A stretch of 34,257 bases of DNA, taken from positions 1 to 34,257 of the forward strand of contig PHAH01000001.1 in assembly GCA_002841655.1 (NCBI GenBank). The letters run 5' to 3'. A program made the translations under genes and the position numbers. The notes under the pieces are model-generated. The model saw only the letters and a list, made by a program, of their open reading frames with translations, had not been told where the DNA came from and did no database searches. This stretch comes from Candidatus Falkowbacteria bacterium HGW-Falkowbacteria-2. GTDB taxonomy: Bacteria; Patescibacteriota; Patescibacteriia; Patescibacteriales; UBA12465. Of the stretch, positions 7,954 to 14,780 are shown piece by piece; positions within the stretch are counted from its first letter, which is position 1, and each line of letters opens with the position of its first letter.

Positions 7954-8051
7954 TTGACTCTGTAATCAAAAATGATGCAATTAAATTGTCGATTCCGTTT
8001 CTGAGCCCTGAATCCATTATCAAATAAGCACCCTTTCGGGTGCTTATTTTT
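7954..8051 (+). ncRNA. mini-unit B: promoter + ~65-nt transcript + terminator (candidate sRNA)
   Basis: TTGACT 7954-7959, 16-nt spacer, TGaTGCAAT 7973-7981. Transcript TTGTCGATTCCGTTTCTGAGCCCTGAATCC..., then hairpin 8022-8049 plus a T-run. Confidence 0.4.
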
Positions 8052-8074
8052 ATGCTGAAGTTCTATAAGACCAA

Positions 8075-8102
8075 TTGACAAAGCGTGGCTTAATGTTATG
8101 CT
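8075..8102 (+). promoter_or_regulatory. sigma70-type promoter for 8129..8413
   Basis: TTGACA 8075-8080, 16-nt spacer, TGtTATGCT 8094-8102. Confidence 0.55.
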
Positions 8103-8128
8103 TTTCATATCACCAACACACTTTAGTT

Positions 8129-8413
8129 ATGGAAAATAATACCAGCAAGCATCCGCAACATGTCGTTGGTTATGATGGTTCATTTAAGGACTTAGCTGAG
8201 GCTATTGGCACCATGAGCTACGATCAAGTTGCCGTCTTCCTTGGTGAGCTCGCCGCAAACATTCTCGAGCAAGCCATTTCCGACTTAAAAGTACGAAACA
8301 GACCTAAGCTGGCCCAACATTTATTCGCAGCGGCTGGAGAAATCAAAAAAGCTCAAAGTGAAATGGACTCCGCCTGGAAGGTCTGCAAACCGTATATGCC
8401 AAAACAATCTTGA
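8129..8413 (+). CDS. small hypothetical protein (94 aa)
   Basis: The ORF track starts at TTG 8075, but that TTG is the -35 box. The first ATG after the promoter is at 8129 (MENNTSKHPQHVVGYDG...). The protein looks helical and soluble, with no recognised motif. Confidence 0.6.
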   Translation: MENNTSKHPQHVVGYDGSFKDLAEAIGTMSYDQVAVFLGELAANILEQAISDLKVRNRPKLAQHLFAAAGEIKKAQSEMDSAWKVCKPYMPKQS

Positions 8414-8420
8414 TAATAAA

Positions 8421-8443
8421 GGAAGTATTTACTTCCTTTTTTT
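8421..8443 (+). terminator. intrinsic terminator of 8129..8413
   Basis: GGAAGT (8421-8426) / ACTTCC (8431-8436) followed by T7. Confidence 0.7.
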
Positions 8444-8444
8444 A

Positions 8445-8546
8445 TTGACTGCCCTCCCAATAGTGATATAATAATAGTGTTAAGTTCGTTCTTGCTCGAA
8501 TCCCGAATAGAATATCAAATAAGCACCCTTTCGGGTGCTTATTTTT
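8445..8546 (+). ncRNA. mini-unit C: promoter + ~70-nt transcript + terminator (candidate sRNA)
   Basis: TTGACT 8445-8450, 16-nt spacer, TGaTATAAT 8464-8472. Transcript GTGTTAAGTTCGTTCTTGCTCGAATCCCGAATAG..., then hairpin 8517-8544 plus a T-run. The hairpin probably also terminates the convergent sigma gene. Confidence 0.4.
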
Positions 8547-8582
8547 ATATACAAATTCGGTTTGTTTAATCTATTTCTTTTC

Positions 8583-9173
8583 CTATCTCTTTCCCTTCTC
8601 CATCTCACCTTCAACCATCTCTTTGAGGGCGGCTAGGGCGCGGTGAAGGATGACGCGGATGTTGCCTTTTGACTTACCAGTAACAGCCGCGATCTCTTCC
8701 AGGCTGAGGTCGTTTACAAAGCGCAAAATGATCACCTCACGGTATTCTTCTTTAAGAAGGGGCAACTGCTTGCGGATGAGCTCCATGTCGCTCTCTTGGT
8801 CCATATTGGCAGCCAGGTCCTGATTGTCATCAACTACATCAATCGGGTTATTCTCATCATCAAGCGAAACCTCTAGCTTATTCCCACTTTCGCGGTAGTA
8901 GTCGATGATGGAGGTGCGAGCAACCTTATATACTAAAGCGCGCAGAGTGCGGCTATCACTTAGACTGTTTGACTGGATATAGTTCCAGGCTTTAAGGAAG
9001 ATCATGGAAGTGAGATCACGAGCTTCTTCTTCACGCCCAACTTTAAAGTAGACGAAACGATAAACGTCTTCCACGTAGTCATCGTAGACTTTAATAAATG
9101 CCTCCTTATCTCCACTTTTCAGCTGTTGCAACAGTTGCTTGTCCTTGAATTTTTTTATTAGATTGGGGGCCAT
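8583..9173 (-). CDS. RNA polymerase sigma factor, sigma-70 family, ECF-like (regions 2 and 4)
   Basis: Region 2 is DVYRFVYFKVGREEEARDLTSMIFLKAW. Region 4 HTH is LSLEEIAAVTGKSKGNIRVILHRALAALK. The ORF track starts at TTG 9185; the ATG is at 9173. Confidence 0.85.
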   Translation of the reverse strand: MAPNLIKKFKDKQLLQQLKSGDKEAFIKVYDDYVEDVYRFVYFKVGREEEARDLTSMIFLKAWNYIQSNSLSDSRTLRALVYKVARTSIIDYYRESGNKLEVSLDDENNPIDVVDDNQDLAANMDQESDMELIRKQLPLLKEEYREVIILRFVNDLSLEEIAAVTGKSKGNIRVILHRALAALKEMVEGEMEKGKR

Positions 9174-9353
9174 GATTATAATCAAAAATAAAGGGAGTAT
9201 TTCCCTTTCGCTAAGATATCTATTTTAACTTCTATATTCTAGCACAAAAATGCAAAAAAGCAAGAAATTTTTACCCCTTTTTGTTGTGTATAATAAGACG
9301 CAAATAGTTATAAATTCGTCACTTTCAGGTGTGAGCGATCTTCTTCCTTGCTA

Positions 9354-9382
9354 TTGACTAATTTAAAGAATAGTGATATGCT
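9354..9382 (+). promoter_or_regulatory. sigma70-type promoter for 9445..9717
   Basis: TTGACT 9354-9359, 17-nt spacer, TGaTATGCT 9374-9382. A 7-bp 5'UTR hairpin AAGTCTA/TAGACTT follows. Confidence 0.5.
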
Positions 9383-9444
9383 TGGACTAAGTAGCAATTT
9401 TAAGTCTACGATATTCTAGACTTAAATCATAATATATCAATTAC

Positions 9445-9717
9445 ATGCTCGAGCCATACAAAAGCACTTCCCTCAAAAACCCTCTCTGGTTATCGGTTTC
9501 GGAGGCTGCTAAAATCGGAGGAATAAAAGACAAGACAGTTCGTCGGGCCCTAAAAGCCGAAAGCGGTCTCAAGTTTAAAATTATCAACAACCGCTATCAG
9601 ATTGAACTCGGCTCCCTCGTCGTCTATCTCCACCGCAGCACAAAGCTCAAAAATAAGTTTTTCGAGCATGGCCTTGGACAATATTGGCCGAAGGAAAACG
9701 GCAGAAAAAATAATTAA
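9445..9717 (+). CDS. small helix-turn-helix DNA-binding protein (excisionase/MerR-like HTH)
   Basis: LSVSEAAKIGGIKDKTVRRALK is an HTH-like segment. 90 aa with an ATG start. Confidence 0.6.
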   Translation: MLEPYKSTSLKNPLWLSVSEAAKIGGIKDKTVRRALKAESGLKFKIINNRYQIELGSLVVYLHRSTKLKNKFFEHGLGQYWPKENGRKNN

Positions 9718-10175
9718 CTTCTGACAATAGATTTATATATTCTATACAATTCAAATAAAACAATTAAGCCCGCTGGCAACAAGATGATATATTTTGTCCC
9801 CAGCGGGCTTTTGATATAGGCAAGTATTGTTCCTAGACCCGGGATAATGCCGACAACTTTTCCGATAATCATCTCCTCGTAAACTGGCTCGCCATCTACA
9901 GCTAAATTCGCATCCCCTTTAGTGCGATAGGCGTCGCCGGCTAAAACGATACGATGAGTGATGATATCTTCCCCGCTTTGGAATACGATAATCTCTCCTG
10001 CCTGATACGAACTCTTCTCTTTGGCGATGCAGAGGCTTGAAGTATCAATAGCCGGCTCCATCGATCCAGAGATGTTTGTAAAGAAGCGATACCTTCCCAT
10101 TCCTGATGAAAAAATAATAACTAGGATAGTTAGAAGTAGGTAAGCAGAAACAAAGATTGAATAAGCAATTTTCAT
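9714..10175 (-). CDS. sipW: signal peptidase I, SipW/archaeal type (copy 2)
   Basis: N-terminal TM segment, then SGSMEPAI (catalytic Ser), ITHRI (His) and GDAN motifs, then a C-terminal TM segment. Confidence 0.8.
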   Translation of the reverse strand: MKIAYSIFVSAYLLLTILVIIFSSGMGRYRFFTNISGSMEPAIDTSSLCIAKEKSSYQAGEIIVFQSGEDIITHRIVLAGDAYRTKGDANLAVDGEPVYEEMIIGKVVGIIPGLGTILAYIKSPLGTKYIILLPAGLIVLFELYRIYKSIVRS

Positions 10176-10184
10176 AAATATAAT

Positions 10185-10739
10185 TTATTCCCACAAACCA
10201 CTCTTAACTAAATTATGGATACGTCTTTCCGCAAATATCCTCTCCCCTTCGGTTCGATATTTGAATTCAAAATCACATTCCTGCCCCTTGAGCTCGACCT
10301 CATCTCCTATGAAGCTAATGACATAAATCCAGGCCTGGTTATCAGAGAGGATTGAATCAAAAGAAAGTGAGGAAAGTGGTCCACTATACTCCTTGTTGAA
10401 GCGACGATTGTATATTTCGATATTTAAGGCCTCGCACAATGGATTGTCTTGTGCCATTAAAGCGGTGAGTCGATAGTTCGTTTTTTCGCCATTAGCCTGA
10501 ATATTAACAGCGCCAATATCGAATCCTCCAGGTTTTAGTCCGGAGGTGTTAAATAGGCTTTCTATTTTATCTGCACTCGACGTCTCACTTACCAGCAAGT
10601 CGAGCGAAACAACTTTAAACTGATTGTCCCTTATCATCCTCTCAGCAAACATATCTGCAGCCGTATAGTCTGTTTGGTTTAAGATTGCATAAAGGAAAAG
10701 ACACCCAAGCGCAGCAAATTTTATCCTAGCGTCAATCAT
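10185..10739 (-). CDS. secreted hypothetical protein with divergent SipW-cognate-like signal region (TasA/TapA-like candidate)
   Basis: Hydrophobic N-terminus, then TDYTAADMFAERMIRDNQFKVVSLDL. Compare TDAYFTANRTTSANKFSAGTMDLDV in the upstream gene. Its start overlaps the sipW-1 stop by 8 nt. Confidence 0.55.
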   Translation of the reverse strand: MIDARIKFAALGCLFLYAILNQTDYTAADMFAERMIRDNQFKVVSLDLLVSETSSADKIESLFNTSGLKPGGFDIGAVNIQANGEKTNYRLTALMAQDNPLCEALNIEIYNRRFNKEYSGPLSSLSFDSILSDNQAWIYVISFIGDEVELKGQECDFEFKYRTEGERIFAERRIHNLVKSGLWE

Positions 10740-11283
10740 GCTTATCTTTTAACTTCAATAATTCATCTAAAACAAACAAAGTGACAGGAATGAGGAGCAA
10801 GGCGATGAATCCTGCTTTAGTCTGACCAAAGGCAACCAAAAAGCCGAGTCTTGGTATCACTGCCTGCACACGACCGACGATTTGTCTGTCGCTAACCTCA
10901 TCTTCATCACTTGTGGCATTAGCATCGCCTTGAGTAATATAATTCTCATTTTGAACATTATCTTTTATAATGCGGTGTGTGATGATGCGGTCTTCTTCGT
11001 TTACAAAGGTAATAATGTCGTTTACCTGGTAGCCTTCCTCTTTCTTGACGATAATAATGTCACCGGTTGAAATTGCAGGCTCCATAGACCCTGATCGAAC
11101 CGAAAAGGTGCGATACTCGCCATAGATGCCAAGATTTGAAACTAATAGATAGGCGGCTAGGAGAAAGATAATGATAAAGCCTAGCCAACTAACAGATTTT
11201 AATATGTAATTTATAATTTTCATGGGTAATTGAGAAAGAGCGGCAAATGATATGATAATCATATTATCCGCCGCTCTAATCAT
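10732..11283 (-). CDS. sipW: signal peptidase I, SipW/archaeal type (copy 1)
   Basis: SGSMEPAISTGD, ITHRI and GDAN motifs with flanking TM segments. It starts 2 nt after the TasA-like stop. Confidence 0.8.
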   Translation of the reverse strand: MIRAADNMIIISFAALSQLPMKIINYILKSVSWLGFIIIFLLAAYLLVSNLGIYGEYRTFSVRSGSMEPAISTGDIIIVKKEEGYQVNDIITFVNEEDRIITHRIIKDNVQNENYITQGDANATSDEDEVSDRQIVGRVQAVIPRLGFLVAFGQTKAGFIALLLIPVTLFVLDELLKLKDKHD

Positions 11284-11285
11284 TT

Positions 11286-11897
11286 CTATAATTCGCCGTC
11301 AATCTTTTGCACTAAGCGAAAGTTGAGATCGAATCGGACCGAGTCACTTTGCACTTCGTTCCCATAGGCGCTTTGGTCAACTGACCAATGTGCCGTGATA
11401 TTTGCTTCTTCACCAGCCGCTAATACTATTGGCGTCAATTGATTCCATTTTGTACCAAAGAGATCGGCTTGATCAGAACCAAGAAGCGATTGAGCAACTT
11501 CATTGCCGTTTAAAGAAATCTTTAAACTAATGGCCTTGCCCAATTCACCCTCATCATCAACCGCACATGCTGGTTCAGCGAAGGCCTCTTGATCGTTACA
11601 ACCATTATCGGTATTTTCTAGATTCTGTAGTCTGAGTAAAAGTCTGCCTGGTAAAGTGCCGCTGTTTCGCACTACCCAGGTCTTTTCACCGCTGAGCTCA
11701 CTGCTGATACCGATATTATCGATAACAAAGGGTTCGAGCTTATTCCCGTTTGAAGAAACATCAAGATCCATTGTTCCAGCAGAAAATTTGTTGGCGCTGG
11801 TTGTCCTGTTGGCGGTGAAATAGGCATCGGTGCCAAACACGGCTACGCCGGTAACTAAAATAATTAAAAGAACGCTAAAGAGAACTTTCTTATTCAT
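11286..11897 (-). CDS. TasA/camelysin-family secreted protein with SipW-cognate signal peptide
   Basis: MNKKVLFSVLLIILVTGVAVFGTDAYFTANRTTSANKFSAGTMDL matches the SipW-cognate signal pattern. About 200 aa and beta-rich. Confidence 0.75.
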   Translation of the reverse strand: MNKKVLFSVLLIILVTGVAVFGTDAYFTANRTTSANKFSAGTMDLDVSSNGNKLEPFVIDNIGISSELSGEKTWVVRNSGTLPGRLLLRLQNLENTDNGCNDQEAFAEPACAVDDEGELGKAISLKISLNGNEVAQSLLGSDQADLFGTKWNQLTPIVLAAGEEANITAHWSVDQSAYGNEVQSDSVRFDLNFRLVQKIDGEL

Positions 11898-11971
11898 ACA
11901 ATTTGAGGATAAATTACGGTTAGGAGTAAAGAACGAATCAAAAAAGGGTGCTTCATGTGATTTTAAAGGAG

Positions 11972-11998
11972 CAAAAAAATACCAGCGCGAAACGCGCT
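11972..11998 (-). terminator. hairpin + T-run (second terminator after HU, or attenuator ahead of the tasA-like operon)
   Basis: AGCGCG (11984-11989) / CGCGCT (11993-11998) with a 3-nt loop. On the minus strand it is followed by GGTATTTTTTT. Confidence 0.4.
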
Positions 11999-12063
11999 AA
12001 TATTTTATCCCTCCTTATTTAATTTATTTCACCATACTATATCACATTGGGCACTCTCTAGGC

Positions 12064-12094
12064 AAACAAAAAAGCACCTGATTCCGTAGGCGCT
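12064..12094 (-). terminator. intrinsic terminator of HU gene
   Basis: Minus-strand AGCGCCT-ACGGAATC-AGGTGCT followed by T6. Confidence 0.7.
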
Positions 12095-12124
12095 TTTTTG
12101 ATATTTGAGGAAGTCTATTTAAAC

Positions 12125-12406
12125 TTATAAAACAGCATCCTTCACAGCCTTTGCAAGGCGGAACTTAACAACAGTCTTAGCTGGGATTTTGATAGTTTCA
12201 CCAGTTGCAGGATTGCGGCCTTCACGTGCCTTTCTTTTTGCCTTCACTAATTTACCGAAACCAGGAACGAGGCATTCTCCGCTCTTCTTCACTTCTTTGT
12301 AAACGAAAGTAGACATAGTTTCAAAAAAACCGTTGACATCTTTCTTGCTTAAGCCGGTGGCTTCAGCCATGTTGGCGACGAACTGCGCCTTAGTCACTTT
12401 TGACAT
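12125..12406 (-). CDS. hup: HU family DNA-binding protein
   Basis: 93 aa. GFGKL...RKAREGRNPATGETIKIPAKTVVKFR is the typical HU beta-arm. Confidence 0.9.
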   Translation of the reverse strand: MSKVTKAQFVANMAEATGLSKKDVNGFFETMSTFVYKEVKKSGECLVPGFGKLVKAKRKAREGRNPATGETIKIPAKTVVKFRLAKAVKDAVL

Positions 12407-12654
12407 ACGCTTTGCATGGGGCCTTTATTACGAAGCGACGAGCGTGACCGCAAGTCGGCGTAACAAGTAGCCGATTAAAGAATATTTTATTAAAAAATAA
12501 ATATTATAAATAAAGAATAAATCAGTTTAAGGCTTATGTTTATTGAGTATAAATTAACCTCAAATTATTTATCCCCTATTTATATGGTTATTATAACACA
12601 ATAAAAAAATAATGCCAATAAATACAAGGTTTTAGTGATACTAAAAAAGTTGAC

Positions 12655-12689
12655 AAAATAAAAAAACTGACTCCGGTTAAAGAATCAGT
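12655..12689 (-). terminator. intrinsic terminator of 12710..13546
   Basis: Minus-strand ACTGATTC / GAGTCAGT (8 bp including one G:U), followed by TTTTTTATTTT. Confidence 0.7.
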
Positions 12690-12709
12690 AATTATAGCGT
12701 CCATATTTA

Positions 12710-13546
12710 TTAGAAAATCAGACGGTATAAATTTACGAAATCGACGTTCAACTCAATGAGATCAAGTCTTTGCGCCATCTCTTTTCCATATCGCGCTCGA
12801 TACTGAAGATTAACAAATTCGAAGTATCGATCTTCACGCATGAAGGCAAAAGCGAAGCCGGCACCGAATTCATAGTAGCTGTTTTGACTACCACCATCAT
12901 AGAGATATGCAGCCACTAACTTAGGCTCAAACTGCCAGCGTGGCAACATCACCTTCTTAATCGTTACTTCCGGCAGAACTTTGAAATAGGCTTTGTTCAC
13001 CGCCTTAAAGTTTACCTTGTCGGAAATGAAACCACCTTCTTCAACCCAGGTTCCCGTTCGTTTGGACCAGTACGGGTCTTGATAGCTGATGCCAAACTTG
13101 TAGGATCGAAACCAGCGGTTTTGCTTGTCATTGATATTACCGCCTGTTACAACATAGAGACCGTAGTCATTTTGCCAAGCCTCAGCGCCGCTATTGTTAT
13201 CAACACCGTGGTCACGGAAGAATTTAAAACTGGGATTAAACCAGAATACAAAATTGTGATTAGATGTTAATTCTCCCCACGTATCATAGGAAGCACCGAA
13301 AGCCAACTCCTTAGATTTGTAGGCGTAGTTGTTGAAGTTTACGTCTACAATAACGAAGTTAACGAAGCCACCAAAACGATGGTTGTTGGTCTTGTGCGCA
13401 AGACCGGCCTGGGTGTAGGCGTACATTCCAGATCCGCTCGGATCGGTCAGGTAGCCAACACCGCTGAACTCACCAAGCTCCCAGCGACTTTGCGCGAGAG
13501 ACATAAATGGCAGAGCTAATAAAAGCAAAAGCACTCTTTGTTTCAT
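12710..13546 (-). CDS. secreted beta-barrel-like (outer-membrane-protein-like) hypothetical protein
   Basis: Signal peptide MKQRVLLLLLALPFMSLAQS. The sequence is aromatic-rich with alternating hydrophobic/polar strands (YEFGAGFAFAFM, FEFVNLQYRARYG). The C-terminus NLYRLIF ends in Phe, like an OMP beta-signal. Confidence 0.6.
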   Translation of the reverse strand: MKQRVLLLLLALPFMSLAQSRWELGEFSGVGYLTDPSGSGMYAYTQAGLAHKTNNHRFGGFVNFVIVDVNFNNYAYKSKELAFGASYDTWGELTSNHNFVFWFNPSFKFFRDHGVDNNSGAEAWQNDYGLYVVTGGNINDKQNRWFRSYKFGISYQDPYWSKRTGTWVEEGGFISDKVNFKAVNKAYFKVLPEVTIKKVMLPRWQFEPKLVAAYLYDGGSQNSYYEFGAGFAFAFMREDRYFEFVNLQYRARYGKEMAQRLDLIELNVDFVNLYRLIF

Positions 13547-13604
13547 GATATCTGTTTTTGGGTTGAAAAATATGATTAGTGAAATGAACTAGCGAATAAA
13601 AAAC

Positions 13605-13631
13605 ATTATAACTTAATCGTGATTTTGTCAA
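13605..13631 (-). promoter_or_regulatory. consensus sigma70 promoter for 12710..13546
   Basis: Minus-strand TTGACA 13631-13626, 15-nt spacer, TATAAT 13610-13605. Confidence 0.5.
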
Positions 13632-13660
13632 TAACAAAAGACCGGAATATTACTCCGGTC
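13630..13660 (-). terminator. intrinsic terminator of the AlkD-like gene
   Basis: GACCGGA (13640-13646) / TCCGGTC (13654-13660) with minus-strand tail TTTTGTTATT. Confidence 0.65.
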
Positions 13661-13688
13661 TCATATATCCTAATAAGTGATTCTAAAG

Positions 13689-14411
13689 CTACATCCGTAA
13701 ATAACGCAACCTTTCTTTTTCTGGTAACCGCTCAATCGCATAGCGTAGGGCGGTTCGCGGGAGACGGGTGGCATATTCATCAAGAAAATGGCGCAGCACC
13801 TTTTCATCCTTCTTCCCCATTTCTCGCAACATCCAGCCGACGGCTTTGTGCATCAAATCTTCTTTATCATTCAACAACATCTTGGCGAGCTCAATTATTT
13901 CCTCAAACTCTCCATTCTTAATTAACGCAATTGTGCTTACCACTGCCAGGCGCCTGTCCCAGAGATTTTTTGAACGGGAGTATTTATATAACTCGCTCCT
14001 CTTTTCCGGATGACGACGTAAATAATCACCCCAGATTTTATAAACAGATAAATCGACTAAGTCCCAATTGTTTATTCCTTTTCGATTAGCATGATAGAAA
14101 GTGACAAGAGCTTTACGTTCATTATCAGCTTTCGCCTTTTCGTATTTTGAAACTAGAATAAGCAAACCAAGCAAACGGATTTCGTGGTATGAATTTTTTA
14201 TTAACACCGCTACGTCCTCTAGGCTGGCCTCAGAATATTGTTTAGCCAAAGCGCGCGTGACAGGTACAGTTATGCCCAAAAACTTATCCCCTTCGCCATA
14301 TTGACCCTTCCCGGTTTTGAAAAAGTGACCGAGGAATTTACCCTTATCAGCATCAGCCTCCTTCATCATCGCTTTGATGATTGTTTTATGATTTATTAGG
14401 TTTTTTGGCAT
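13689..14411 (-). CDS. DNA alkylation repair protein (AlkD/AlkC-like HEAT-repeat glycosylase family)
   Basis: FFKTGKGQYGEGDKFLGITVP, NNWDLVD and HKAVGWMLRE are motifs typical of the DNA_alkylation family. The ATG at 14411 is preferred; an upstream ATG at 14471 would add 20 atypical residues. Confidence 0.8.
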   Translation of the reverse strand: MPKNLINHKTIIKAMMKEADADKGKFLGHFFKTGKGQYGEGDKFLGITVPVTRALAKQYSEASLEDVAVLIKNSYHEIRLLGLLILVSKYEKAKADNERKALVTFYHANRKGINNWDLVDLSVYKIWGDYLRRHPEKRSELYKYSRSKNLWDRRLAVVSTIALIKNGEFEEIIELAKMLLNDKEDLMHKAVGWMLREMGKKDEKVLRHFLDEYATRLPRTALRYAIERLPEKERLRYLRM

Positions 14412-14478
14412 AATAGTATATAAAGTGTAACAATACGTCTTCTCGTCCGTATTATTAATGTTACAGAACATTAATAAC

Positions 14479-14752
14479 GGAGATTTACACTCAAAGCTCT
14501 CGTTCCCTGCCGATAATGATTATCGTCAGCGAACGGGGGTCGAACAGTCAAAAAGAACTTGTTCGACAGGCCAAGAGCCGGTCACTCTAGGTTCCCGCCT
14601 TATAAACATAACTCTTAAATGTATGAGAGAACTAAGCGGATTCCTAGGGTTTCTGGTGCTAATCCTTGCCCTGCGTTGGGTAATGCCTCCGGAAGCTGCC
14701 GATCTTGCTGGTGAAATCCTTGTTTCGATCCTAACGATCATCAGGAATCTCC
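14479..14752 (+). ncRNA. GC-elevated structured region, class unknown (strand tentative)
   Basis: End-closing helix GGAGATT 14479-14485 / AATCTCC 14746-14752. A three-way junction spans 14496-14578. Open frames on both strands here look like GC-rich RNA rather than protein. A + strand terminator follows at 14781. Confidence 0.35.
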
Positions 14753-14772
14753 TCATGCAGGCTCGCACCTAA
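14623..14772 (+). CDS. alternative reading of the same region: 49-aa small membrane protein
   Basis: ATG 14623 gives MRELSGFLGFLVLILALRWVMPPEAADLAGEILVSILTIIRNLLMQART, stop at 14770-14772, terminator immediately after. There is no SD motif, and the start codon sits inside a predicted hairpin. Confidence 0.2.
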   Translation: MRELSGFLGFLVLILALRWVMPPEAADLAGEILVSILTIIRNLLMQART

Positions 14773-14780
14773 AGATATTA

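Noticed and set aside
7779-8108. 109-aa minus-strand ORF in the track.
   Set aside because: It runs straight through the tRNA-like gene, mini-unit B, two promoters and a terminator hairpin. The translation is not protein-like.
14479-14772. SRP RNA, tmRNA, 6S or guanidine-I riboswitch assignment. Cues were TCCGGAAG, GGTGCTAATCC, GTTCGACCCCC and CTAGGTTCCCGCC.
   Set aside because: Each cue matches only a fragment of the respective consensus. The required partners (GGAA-tetraloop helix 8, T arm plus CCA end, GGUCCGAGAG) are missing.
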